Part shown: positions 18,579-26,322 of the stretch, piece after piece | How positions within the stretch are numbered: the stretch's first letter is position 1 | Layout of the letters: every line of letters starts with the position of its first letter | Source: Candidatus Woesearchaeota archaeon | Lineage (GTDB): Archaea > Nanobdellota > Nanobdellia > Woesearchaeales > UBA12501 | DNA: 64,000 nt | Assembly (NCBI GenBank): GCA_030651375.1 | Contig: JAUSFM010000006.1 | Coordinates: forward strand, 12,646 to 76,645 | Direction of reading: 5' to 3' | Notes under the pieces: model-generated | The model's input: only the letters and a program-made list of their open reading frames with translations | What the model was told of the DNA's origin: nothing | Databases searched by the model: none | Position numbers and translations under genes: made by a program

Positions 18579-18965
18579 ATGGCGGTGAATGCGCGTGAGC
18601 AGGAAGCAGGGTTTCGTGAGTGGCTCGAAAAAATAAACACCAGCAACAAGCTCATCATTGTTGAAGGAAAAAAAGATGCACATGCCTTGTGTTCGCTCGG
18701 TGTCAACAACCATGTTGTGATGCTCAGCAAAAAGCCACTCTACGCGGTTGTCGAAGATGTTGCCGAAAAAACAACCGACGTCATCATCCTTACTGACTTC
18801 GACAAAAAGGGGAAGGAATTATACGGCAAACTCAAAAAATCACTCATCGCCCACGGCGTACAGGTAGACAACACGTTTCGTGAATTTCTGCAGAACACCG
18901 GCATCAGCCACATCGAGGGTTTAAAAACACACGTGCAAAAATATATAAAGGGGCAGGAACTTTAG
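18579..18965 (+). CDS. Small Toprim-domain protein (COG1658/RNase M5-like)
   Basis: LIIVEGKKDAHAL and VIILTDFDKKGKELYGKL motifs. Start at ATG 18579; the upstream part of the ORF overlaps the primase. Confidence 0.75.
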   Translation: MAVNAREQEAGFREWLEKINTSNKLIIVEGKKDAHALCSLGVNNHVVMLSKKPLYAVVEDVAEKTTDVIILTDFDKKGKELYGKLKKSLIAHGVQVDNTFREFLQNTGISHIEGLKTHVQKYIKGQEL

Positions 18966-18971
18966 AATTCT

Positions 18972-19829
18972 ATGGATGGACGTATCAAAACAGTTGTACT
19001 GCTTGGATTCCTGAGCGCCCTCATGCTCGGCATCGGTCGCTTATTGGGCGGATTTCAGGGACTGACTATTGGGTTAGTCTTTGCACTCGTTATGAACATC
19101 GGCAGCTACTGGTTCAGCGACAAAATTGTGCTTGCCATCTACCGCGCCAAGCCATTTACGCAAAAAGACCAGCCGGAGCTCTACAAAATCGTCAAAGAAG
19201 TGGCTGAAAAAGCGCAGCTGCCCATGCCCAAATTGTATATCATCCCTTCGCCAGCACCAAACGCATTTGCCACCGGACGAAATCCGAACCACGCGGCTGT
19301 TGCTTTTACCAACGGCATCCTCACCCTGTTAAACAAAGACGAGTTGCGTGGCGTGATTGCTCACGAGCTTTCACACATTAAGAATAGAGACATCCTCATC
19401 ACCACCATCGCTGCAACCATCGCTGCAGTGATTTCCTACGTCGGCATGATTGTGCGCTGGGGCGCCATCTTTGGCGGCTTCGGTGGGCGTGACAATCAAA
19501 GAGGCGGATCGGGTGGCATACTTCAATTTTTGGTCTTGGCAATTCTCGCTCCCTTGACTGCAACAATCATTCAGCTTGCCATTTCCCGCGCGCGCGAATA
19601 TCAAGCAGACAAAACAGGGGCAGAAACACTGAAGGATGGAAAACACCTCGCGTCGGCACTTGACAAACTACACGGCAGCGTTTCCAAACACCCGCTCACT
19701 TTTGGCAACGCGCAGACATCAAGCTTATTTATCGTCAACCCATTCAGCGCGCATGGACTCATTGCATTGTTCAGCACGCACCCACCGGCTGCTGAAAGAA
19801 TTAAACGGTTGAAGGGAATGAAGTTTTGA
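18972..19829 (+). CDS. htpX: Zinc metalloprotease HtpX
   Basis: HELSHIKNRD (HExxH), four TM segments, and AREYQADKTGAE. Confidence 0.88.
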   Translation: MDGRIKTVVLLGFLSALMLGIGRLLGGFQGLTIGLVFALVMNIGSYWFSDKIVLAIYRAKPFTQKDQPELYKIVKEVAEKAQLPMPKLYIIPSPAPNAFATGRNPNHAAVAFTNGILTLLNKDELRGVIAHELSHIKNRDILITTIAATIAAVISYVGMIVRWGAIFGGFGGRDNQRGGSGGILQFLVLAILAPLTATIIQLAISRAREYQADKTGAETLKDGKHLASALDKLHGSVSKHPLTFGNAQTSSLFIVNPFSAHGLIALFSTHPPAAERIKRLKGMKF

Positions 19830-19869
19830 TAATTCTTTTTTTAACCATTTTTTAAGCATACTTTTCTGT

Positions 19870-20022
19870 TCATCTCTTCTTTGGTATCTTCTGCCCCTTG
19901 TGCTGGTCATGCACATGCTGCGCAAGCGCCTTCACATTCTTGTGGCAGTGGGGGCATTTTCCTTCCTCTGTCGGCTTGACATATCGGGGAAGTATTCCGA
20001 GTTTTGCGCGTGTCGTTGACAT
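19870..20022 (-). CDS. Small (50 aa) putative zinc-finger protein
   Basis: Below the track threshold. ATG 20022 to TGA 19870 gives MSTTRAKLGILPRYVKPTEEGKCPHCHKNVKALAQHVHDQHKGQKIPKKR, with a CxxC-x9-H-x4-H pattern. Divergent from msrA. Confidence 0.35.
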   Translation of the reverse strand: MSTTRAKLGILPRYVKPTEEGKCPHCHKNVKALAQHVHDQHKGQKIPKKR

Positions 20023-20096
20023 ATTCTGTTTTTTGTTTTTGCCATTTAAATTGTTTATGCAAAAATCATATAAATAACACCTTCTTTTTCATTTCT

Positions 20097-20573
20097 ATGG
20101 CGTCACAAACCGCAACCTTTGCCGCCGGATGCTTCTGGGGCGTTGAAGCAATGTTCAGAAAAGTAAACGGCGTGCTCCAGACAACCGTCGGCTACACCGG
20201 TGGCACAGCACCAAACCCGACGTACGAAAAATTGTGCACTGGCACCACAGGCCACGCAGAGGCAGTGCAAGTTGTTTTTGACCCCCACATCATCTCGTAT
20301 TCCGAGCTCGTTGATTTTTTCTGGACTATACATAATCCAACCGTGTTGAATCGGCAAGGGCCTGATATTGGCTCGCAGTACCGCTCGGCGATTTTCTGCC
20401 ACAACGACAAACAAAAAAGAGAAGCAGAGGCGTCAAAGGCAAAGCTTGAAAAATCAGGACGATACAAACAACCCGTGGTCACGCAGATCGTTCCTGCACG
20501 GCAGTTCTACAAAGCAGAAGAATATCATCAACGCTATCTCGAAAAAAAGGGGCTGGCATCTTGTCATATCTAA
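20097..20573 (+). CDS. msrA: Peptide methionine (S)-sulfoxide reductase MsrA
   Basis: ATFAAGCFWGVEAMF active-site motif and GYTGG. Start at ATG 20097. Confidence 0.92.
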   Translation: MASQTATFAAGCFWGVEAMFRKVNGVLQTTVGYTGGTAPNPTYEKLCTGTTGHAEAVQVVFDPHIISYSELVDFFWTIHNPTVLNRQGPDIGSQYRSAIFCHNDKQKREAEASKAKLEKSGRYKQPVVTQIVPARQFYKAEEYHQRYLEKKGLASCHI

Positions 20574-20612
20574 ACCAATAGGTATTTATATTTCTTCTTT
20601 GAAATATCATCC

Positions 20613-22058
20613 ATGCGCAAAAAACCATCTAAAAAATCATCAAAAACAGCATCAAAAAATGTGCTGACTGAAGGATCGATTCTGAAATCATTGCTCACGT
20701 TAGCTATCCCTATTGTTCTTGCAACAATGCTCCAGACTGCGTACCAGTTGATCGACGCATTCTGGGTTGGCAGACTCGGGGAAGCTGCTGTTGCGGCTGT
20801 TGCATTAAGCTTTCCCATAATGTTCCTCCTTTTTTCATTTGGTGGAGGGCTGGCAATTGCCGGCACGATTCTTGTTGCGCAATACCGCGGCAAGGGAAAC
20901 CAGCAGCAGGTTGATTATTTTGCTGCGCAGACCGTGCTGATGATGTTGGCGGTGTCGGTTGTGCTCACTATTCTCGGTTATTTTATGACTCCCTTTCTGA
21001 TTCGCCTGATGGGCGCAGCTCCTGACGTGTTTCCTCAAGCGGTTTCCTTTCTCCAAATATCGTTTTTGGGAATGGTTGCAGTGTTCGGCTCGTTTGTGTT
21101 CCAGTCACTCATGCGCGGCGTTGGCGATGTGAAAACACCGCTCCTTATAATCTTGGGGTCAGTAATTCTCAATTTTTTCCTTGATCCGTTATTTATTTAC
21201 GGGTATGGCTCATTTCCAGCATTTGGCGTCGGTGGAGCTGCGGTTGCCACGGTCATTACTGAAGGCCTTGCTGCCATCATCGGATTTTCAATGCTGTTCA
21301 GCGGGAAGTACGGAATTCACGTCAAACTCTCAAATCTGAAGCCACGTTTTGACGTAGTTAAAAAAATGTTTTTACTCGGATTTCCTTCGTCGATTGACCA
21401 ATCGTTGCGCGCTCTCGGATTTATCGCTATGGTTGTCCTTGTTGCAAGCTTTGGCACAACCGCGATTGCTGCCTATGGCATTGGCATGCGCATCCTTGGA
21501 TTTATTATCATTCCTGCACTGGGTTTGAGCATTGCAACCTCCACGCTTGTCGGCCAAAATATGGGTGCAGGAAAAATTGCGCGGGCAGAAAAAATAGCCA
21601 CCTTAAGTACCCTTCTCGGCTTTGGCGCCCTCACGGTTATTGGCATACTGATTTTTATTTTTGCACGGCCGCTCTCTACCTTTTTTATTCCCGGTGAAGA
21701 ACAGGTCATTGCACTGAGTACATCCTTCATCCATATCATCGCATTAACCTTTGGTCTTATTAGCATTCATATCGTGCTGAGTGGCGTATTTCGTGGTGCA
21801 GGCGACACCATGACTCCACTGGTGCTTGCGCTGATAAGCTTGTGGCTGATCCAGTTCCCGCTTGCGTACGTTCTTTCAACCTACACCGCTCTCGGCGTTG
21901 CCGGCATTTGGTGGGCATTCCCCCTTGCCAATATTATCAACGCAGTGATAACTATTCTTTGGTACCTGCGCGGCTCATGGAAAAAGAAACGCATCACTGA
22001 AGACTTCAAAATGATTGAAAAAGTCGAAGAAGCAGCGCTGACTGAAGAAGGAATATAA
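20613..22058 (+). CDS. MATE family efflux transporter
   Basis: Twelve TM segments. N-terminal SILKSLLTLAIPIVLATMLQTAYQLIDAFWVGRLG is typical of MATE. Confidence 0.85.
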   Translation: MRKKPSKKSSKTASKNVLTEGSILKSLLTLAIPIVLATMLQTAYQLIDAFWVGRLGEAAVAAVALSFPIMFLLFSFGGGLAIAGTILVAQYRGKGNQQQVDYFAAQTVLMMLAVSVVLTILGYFMTPFLIRLMGAAPDVFPQAVSFLQISFLGMVAVFGSFVFQSLMRGVGDVKTPLLIILGSVILNFFLDPLFIYGYGSFPAFGVGGAAVATVITEGLAAIIGFSMLFSGKYGIHVKLSNLKPRFDVVKKMFLLGFPSSIDQSLRALGFIAMVVLVASFGTTAIAAYGIGMRILGFIIIPALGLSIATSTLVGQNMGAGKIARAEKIATLSTLLGFGALTVIGILIFIFARPLSTFFIPGEEQVIALSTSFIHIIALTFGLISIHIVLSGVFRGAGDTMTPLVLALISLWLIQFPLAYVLSTYTALGVAGIWWAFPLANIINAVITILWYLRGSWKKKRITEDFKMIEKVEEAALTEEGI

Positions 22059-22063
22059 CTTTA

Positions 22064-22216
22064 TTATTCTTCATACATCACTAACACATTCATTGCTTCG
22101 CTTTCTGAAGGCCCCGGGCACATTTTAATGTCAACAATTTTCTTGTGCTGGACAAATTCATTGACATCCTTTTCCAACATCCGCACATTCACATTGCTGA
22201 ACATTTTTATTTTCAT
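22064..22216 (-). CDS. Small protein (50 aa), Cse60-like pattern
   Basis: MKIKMFSNVNVRMLEKDVNEFVQHKKIVDIKMCPGPSESEAMNVLVMYEE. ATG 22216 directly follows the hef stop. The resemblance to Cse60 is from memory only. Confidence 0.35.
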   Translation of the reverse strand: MKIKMFSNVNVRMLEKDVNEFVQHKKIVDIKMCPGPSESEAMNVLVMYEE

Positions 22217-22217
22217 G

Positions 22218-24635
22218 CTATTCCCTCGTGTATCCTTCACCCAGCACGCGCTGGATTTCCTTTGCCTTCTTCTCACCTATCTTTTCCACGGTTTGCAGCT
22301 CGGGAATACTGGCGTTCATTATATTTTTTATGCTTCCAAAGCGTTCCAGCAGGGGTTTGCTGAGCTTCGGGCCGATGCCCGGAAGCGATGCAATGACATA
22401 CTCCTGCTGTTCTTTGGTCGTGAGTGGTTTTTTTGAATGGAGCGTGCCGTTCTTCATGCCCTCCATCTGCTCGCGCCGCGCAGTTACGGCAAGAATCGCA
22501 GCAGTATCCTTTGCGTTTTTGGTGTACAATATCGGTACGCCAAGCGTTACCGTAATCGTGCTCAACATGCCACGAATAGCATTCGGGTGGATGCTGCGCT
22601 GGGAATAGATATCCTCTTCCCCCTCGACAATCAGCAACGGGCGGTCATAGATTGTTTTCAGGGCAATAAGCTGGCTTAAAAGCCGGCCGTCAATGATTGA
22701 ATCAACAAAATCAGGCACGGTCTTAAACTCGACTGCGCATCGTGCGCTCAACACAAAATCGCCTGCCTCAAGCCGTCGGAGGCGTACCTTGATGTTCTTT
22801 TCCAAAAACTCTTTGACAATCTTCGAGCTCTTTTCGCGGTCATCAACCATAATCACCACATCGTTGCCGGTGCTGTCAACCAACAATTCATCGTGTTTTT
22901 TTTCTTTTTGGCCGAGCAGGTGTTCAATCTCAAGTTGTTTGAACACATTTTTTAATTCGCCCATGTTGCGCTGCATTCGCTTTTCTTTGTGAATGGCTGA
23001 CCAGCGGTAGGCCTCATCCCGCGTTCCTTTCGCCATCAACATGATCACACCGCCTTTTTCAAGCCTGCCAGTTCTCCCTCTCCGCTGGATATGGCGAATT
23101 GCTGATGGAATCGGCTCGTAGAAAATTACGTGGTCCACTGAAGGAATATCAATGCCCTCTTCGGCAACACTGGTTGCAATCAATGCGGTGAATACTCCTT
23201 CAGAGAATTGAATCAGCATCTGTTTCTGCTGTTTCTGGGAAAGGCCGATGCCTTTCTTTTTTGCTTGGCCAACAAAGATTTCTGATGAGATGTTCTCTGT
23301 ATCAAGCATCTTCTTAATTTTTGATGCAGTGTCGCGGTAATTCGTGAATATGATAATTCGCTTGCTTCCTTTCTCTTGTTGTTTGTGCAGAATTGTTTTC
23401 AGCGCCTCCATTTTCGGATGTTCGCTGTGCTGTTCGACCAGCGTACGCATCTTGGCGAGTGCTGTTTTGAATCGGGAATCTTCAACAAGGTTTTTGACTG
23501 CTCTCGTCGTGCTGGTTGCCGCCTGTTGCTGCAGCTTTTCCATATATCCAAAGGCCTGCTCAACTCCTTGGCTTTCCAGCATCTCAATCGCATGGTCCAC
23601 CTTCGTTGCTTCTGCGGCGAGCGAGATGCTTTTCAGAATGTTAAAATCCTTGTTTCCTTTTGCAATTTCACCATGGAGCGCACCTTGTAGACGCAGTAGC
23701 TCCGTCTTGCTTATCATGCTGGAGCTGGTGTTCAAATAGCCGAGCTGGCGTATTTCCTTCACCTTTTCTCCATGGCACTCCTTGAGTATTTTTTGAATTG
23801 CCGTATATTCTTCCGGCAGCGCGACCGGAACAACATCCATGCTAATGCTCTGCACATACGGTGCAACATCAGCGTCATGGTCGCTGCGCACTTCAGCGCC
23901 TTCAATGAACAGGTTTTGGCAGACCTCAATGATTCCTTCCTTGTCATTGCCCGGCGAGGCGGTCAGCCCAAGAATTTTTGGATACGATGCTTTTTTGATG
24001 TATTGTTCTGCAATAAATTTGTACGTATAGTTCCCGGTTGCGCGGTGGCACTCATCAAAAATTAAAAGACAGACATCTTTGAGGCTGATACGCTCATTGA
24101 TGATGTCATTTTCAACACCTTGGGGGGTTGAGAAAATGATTGTACTTGCTTTCCACAACTGCTCGCGCTTTTCCGGCTTGACAAAACCGGTAAAAACAGT
24201 CATATCTTTTTCTGGCAGGGTGCTGTATTTGAGAAATGATGCCTTATGCTGCTCTGCCAGCGGCCTCGTTGGCGCGAGGAAAAGAATTTTCGAGGTGGGA
24301 AATGATTTCAGCCGCTGGAGGGCAAGCATAAGCGCGATGGATGTTTTGCCGAGGCCCGTGGGGAGCACGACGAGCATATTTTTTTGAACACAGGTTGCCA
24401 AAATAGTTTGCTGGTATATTCTCGGCTCGAAATTGCGGATGGTTAACGGTTGGGAGTTTTGCGTTTGGAGTTCGCCATCGGTTGTACCTGGTTGCTGCTC
24501 TGGCATTAATGGTGCACGAAGCATTTCTGCAATTCTCTTTGCACCGATATCATCAGAAGCATCAGTCATGGTCATCCCTGTTCGTGGCACCAGATAGTAT
24601 GTTAAATCGCCTCTGTTTTCAAAGCTTTCGATCAT
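22218..24635 (-). CDS. hef: Hef helicase/nuclease (FANCM/XPF-like)
   Basis: SF2 helicase motifs LPTGLGKTS, IFDECHRA and QRRGRTGR. ERCC4 nuclease VMVDDREKSS...GDFVLS, and a C-terminal HhH2 (LPGIGPKLSKPLLERFGSIKNI). Confidence 0.88.
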   Translation of the reverse strand: MIESFENRGDLTYYLVPRTGMTMTDASDDIGAKRIAEMLRAPLMPEQQPGTTDGELQTQNSQPLTIRNFEPRIYQQTILATCVQKNMLVVLPTGLGKTSIALMLALQRLKSFPTSKILFLAPTRPLAEQHKASFLKYSTLPEKDMTVFTGFVKPEKREQLWKASTIIFSTPQGVENDIINERISLKDVCLLIFDECHRATGNYTYKFIAEQYIKKASYPKILGLTASPGNDKEGIIEVCQNLFIEGAEVRSDHDADVAPYVQSISMDVVPVALPEEYTAIQKILKECHGEKVKEIRQLGYLNTSSSMISKTELLRLQGALHGEIAKGNKDFNILKSISLAAEATKVDHAIEMLESQGVEQAFGYMEKLQQQAATSTTRAVKNLVEDSRFKTALAKMRTLVEQHSEHPKMEALKTILHKQQEKGSKRIIIFTNYRDTASKIKKMLDTENISSEIFVGQAKKKGIGLSQKQQKQMLIQFSEGVFTALIATSVAEEGIDIPSVDHVIFYEPIPSAIRHIQRRGRTGRLEKGGVIMLMAKGTRDEAYRWSAIHKEKRMQRNMGELKNVFKQLEIEHLLGQKEKKHDELLVDSTGNDVVIMVDDREKSSKIVKEFLEKNIKVRLRRLEAGDFVLSARCAVEFKTVPDFVDSIIDGRLLSQLIALKTIYDRPLLIVEGEEDIYSQRSIHPNAIRGMLSTITVTLGVPILYTKNAKDTAAILAVTARREQMEGMKNGTLHSKKPLTTKEQQEYVIASLPGIGPKLSKPLLERFGSIKNIMNASIPELQTVEKIGEKKAKEIQRVLGEGYTRE

Positions 24636-24695
24636 GGACGGCCTCTTTTTATATTTTGGAAAACTATTTATATCTCAATTACTTTTTTTTACTTT

Positions 24696-24736
24696 GCTCT
24701 GGACTTGGCGTTACCGCGTTATGCGGGCATTTTTTT
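24696..24736 (+). ncRNA. Short promoter-to-T-run unit A (putative about 35-nt sRNA)
   Basis: The 16-mer AAACTATTTATATCT (24661-24675) places a TATA centre 26 nt upstream of G24696. The unit reads GCTCTGGACTTGGCGTTA, then hairpin CCGC-GTTAT-GCGG, then T7. Confidence 0.3.
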
Positions 24737-24791
24737 CTTTTTTTCCTCTGTAAACAAAAACTATTTATATCTGAATCATTTTCTTATTATT

Positions 24792-24829
24792 GGTTCTGGA
24801 CCTCCCCCTGGTTGGGGATCGCTTTTTTT
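24792..24829 (+). ncRNA. Short promoter-to-T-run unit B (putative about 32-nt sRNA), antisense copy of tRNA-like gene 5' half
   Basis: An identical AAACTATTTATATCT box (24758-24772) places the TATA centre 26 nt upstream of G24792. GGTTCTGGACCTCCCCCT (24792-24809) is identical to 24928-24945. It is followed by hairpin CCCC-TGGTT-GGGG, ATCGC and T7. Confidence 0.35.
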
Positions 24830-24853
24830 CTTTTACATTTTTTTTGAACATAA

Positions 24854-24967
24854 CGCTGGCGCCGGGAATTTCACTCAACGGGAAACTCCCACAGAGGTTT
24901 GAACCCGGATACCCTTTCGGGATGGAGGTTCTGGACCTCCCCCTCAACCAGGTTGAAGATCGCCAGC
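24854..24967 (-). tRNA. Atypical type-II tRNA-like gene, anticodon CAG (Leu-like), 30-nt insertion in T-loop (24868-24897)
   Basis: Hand fold. Acceptor GCTGGCG/CGCCAGC, D arm CTTC-AACCTGGTT-GAGG, anticodon arm GGAGG-TCCAGAA-CCTCC, 15-nt variable arm, T arm CCGGG-TTCAAA[30 nt]T-CCCGG, discriminator G. TATA TTTATATA (24995-25002) lies about 30 nt upstream. Anomalies are C33, A37 and the insertion. Confidence 0.5.
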
Positions 24968-25021
24968 GTTACTTGTACTAAAAACTAATTCTGGTTTATA
25001 TACCTCACGCGCATCTGTCCA

Positions 25022-25101
25022 GTGTCCAGTGGTGGGGGGTTTTGGGGTTTTAGGCCTTGGGCATTTGGTTTATGGGGTTTATGGCGTGTCCAGTGGTGGG
25101 G
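25022..25101 (+). repeat. Two direct copies of GTGTCCAGTGGTGGGG (25022-25037, 25086-25101) in a G-run-rich spacer; ORB-like
   Basis: Exact 16-mer repeated 64 bp apart, plus an extra TGTCCAG half-copy at 25016-25022. Between the copies lie GGGGGGTTTTGGGGTTTTAGG and GGTTTATGGGGTTTATGG. Confidence 0.6.
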
Positions 25102-25160
25102 TTGGCGTTAAGATTGGATAAAAGGAAAAGCTAGTTAATCATCTCTCTTCTAAGAACTTC

Positions 25161-25664
25161 CTATGTTGATTCTAGATCCTGGTGGAAAATCACCGTTTTA
25201 CATGTGCGACAGCTGAGTTGCGCTTCAAAACCATAACTTCCTGTTTTCTCTGGCTGACCGACAACAATGCCCTTACACCCACTACAGTCATATGCAATAA
25301 CATCGGTTAAATCAATACCATCGGGAGTTCTTTCGTCCAGCACGAGCCCTATACCTTCCGATTCTTGCAGATGATACATCGGTAACTCTGGTGATCTGCT
25401 CCATGGTCCGACCCGTTTTCTGAGCTCATCAGTTGAGGCCACTATTGTTCCTTCAATGCCTGCAATCTGAGCTCGGGCAGGCGAAATATTCTCAACAGTA
25501 GGCGATTCTACAACAACGTCTGTCAAGCCTCTTGCTGCATACACTTTTAAGATATCGTTCGGATTTCCGGTTGCATAGCCGAGAACAGTATCCACCACAC
25601 CAGTTCTCTGTTGCGTGACAGCCCAGATAAGATACGGGTTATTTATTGTCCATTCTTTAGCCAT
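25161..25664 (-). CDS. Hypothetical protein with C-terminal CxxC...CxxC zinc ribbon
   Basis: ATG 25664 (MAKEWTINNPYL). C-terminus reads DCSGCKGIVVGQPEKTGSYGFEAQLSCRTCKTVIF. No family recognised. Confidence 0.5.
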   Translation of the reverse strand: MAKEWTINNPYLIWAVTQQRTGVVDTVLGYATGNPNDILKVYAARGLTDVVVESPTVENISPARAQIAGIEGTIVASTDELRKRVGPWSRSPELPMYHLQESEGIGLVLDERTPDGIDLTDVIAYDCSGCKGIVVGQPEKTGSYGFEAQLSCRTCKTVIFHQDLEST

Positions 25665-25768
25665 TAAATGCAGAATTCTCTGGTCATTAATAAAAATATA
25701 GGAAGTAAAGAACAACAATCTTTTTCACCCCCACAATCTTTTTATGTGTGCTCAGTTTCATTCGCACT

Positions 25769-26272
25769 ATGGTTACTGCTGAAGTACATATTGGTGACGG
25801 AGTTCCGCGCGATTTAGATCATTATTTTATAACTCTTGCTGACACTGTTCTTGCGCTTGAACGAGAAAGCGGTGAGCCATCGCAATTAGTTGCCCGTGTT
25901 GGTGAAACACTTCTTATTGTCGGTGACCTGCGAAAACGAGACGGACCGTACGTTCTTGATATGAAGAAAGAATACAATCCTGATCCCTATAACAAAAATA
26001 CGCTCCCTCTACCTAACCCCTCTGCACATTTGGCAGCAACCTACAATTCGTTTGGGGATATTGAAACAGCGGTTGAAGACGAACGTACAGCAACATACTT
26101 AACGTCACGAAGAGATCAACGCCCGCACCTTATAGGTCGTCCTCGAACTGGTTCATATGGCATCGGATTTCTTGTTGGCGGCGAAGATGAAGGGTATGTA
26201 AGCGTTGGACGTGTGATTCCACCACTTCTTAAAGAGCGAGAATCTGTTTCAATTGACGTGCTTGTGGATTAA
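25769..26272 (+). CDS. Hypothetical protein
   Basis: First ATG is 25769; the track start at 25748 is GTG. Divergent from the previous gene and shares a TGSYG motif with it. No family recognised. Confidence 0.45.
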   Translation: MVTAEVHIGDGVPRDLDHYFITLADTVLALERESGEPSQLVARVGETLLIVGDLRKRDGPYVLDMKKEYNPDPYNKNTLPLPNPSAHLAATYNSFGDIETAVEDERTATYLTSRRDQRPHLIGRPRTGSYGIGFLVGGEDEGYVSVGRVIPPLLKERESVSIDVLVD

Positions 26273-26322
26273 GCTTTTCCTTCCCAACAATCTTTAAAAA
26301 ACACCGTCGTTCTCCAACATCC

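Noticed and set aside
18465-18730. The long N-terminal extensions of the primase (to 18730) and of the Toprim protein (from 18465).
   Set aside because: The two extensions overlap each other on opposite strands and are hydrophobic junk. Internal ATGs at 18481 and 18579 leave a sensible 97-bp divergent promoter region.
24854-24967. Plus-strand reading of the tRNA-like gene as tRNA-Gln(CUG). The loop TTCTGGA has an ideal U33 and G37.
   Set aside because: In that orientation the T-loop (GTTCAAA), the D-loop (CCTGG) and the long variable arm fall in the wrong places. The TATA box is positioned correctly for the minus strand. The good-looking loop is noted as an oddity only.
24854-24967. tRNA-Sec, suggested by a long acceptor (up to 10 bp), a possible 6-7-bp D stem, a long variable arm and G73.
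   Set aside because: No UCA anticodon can be placed in the anticodon loop in any register.
24482-24981. Track ORFs 24482-24847, 24705-24902, 24765-24947 and 24790-24981.
   Set aside because: They run through the AT-rich promoter, short-unit and tRNA-like region. The translations are poly-F/L low complexity.
24660-25110. CRISPR array or telomere-like repeat, suggested by the repeated 16-18-mers and GGGGTTTTGGGGTTTT.
   Set aside because: There are only two copies of each repeat, with no regular repeat-spacer periodicity and no cas genes. The T4G4 stretch is two units inside a circular-type prokaryotic gene context.
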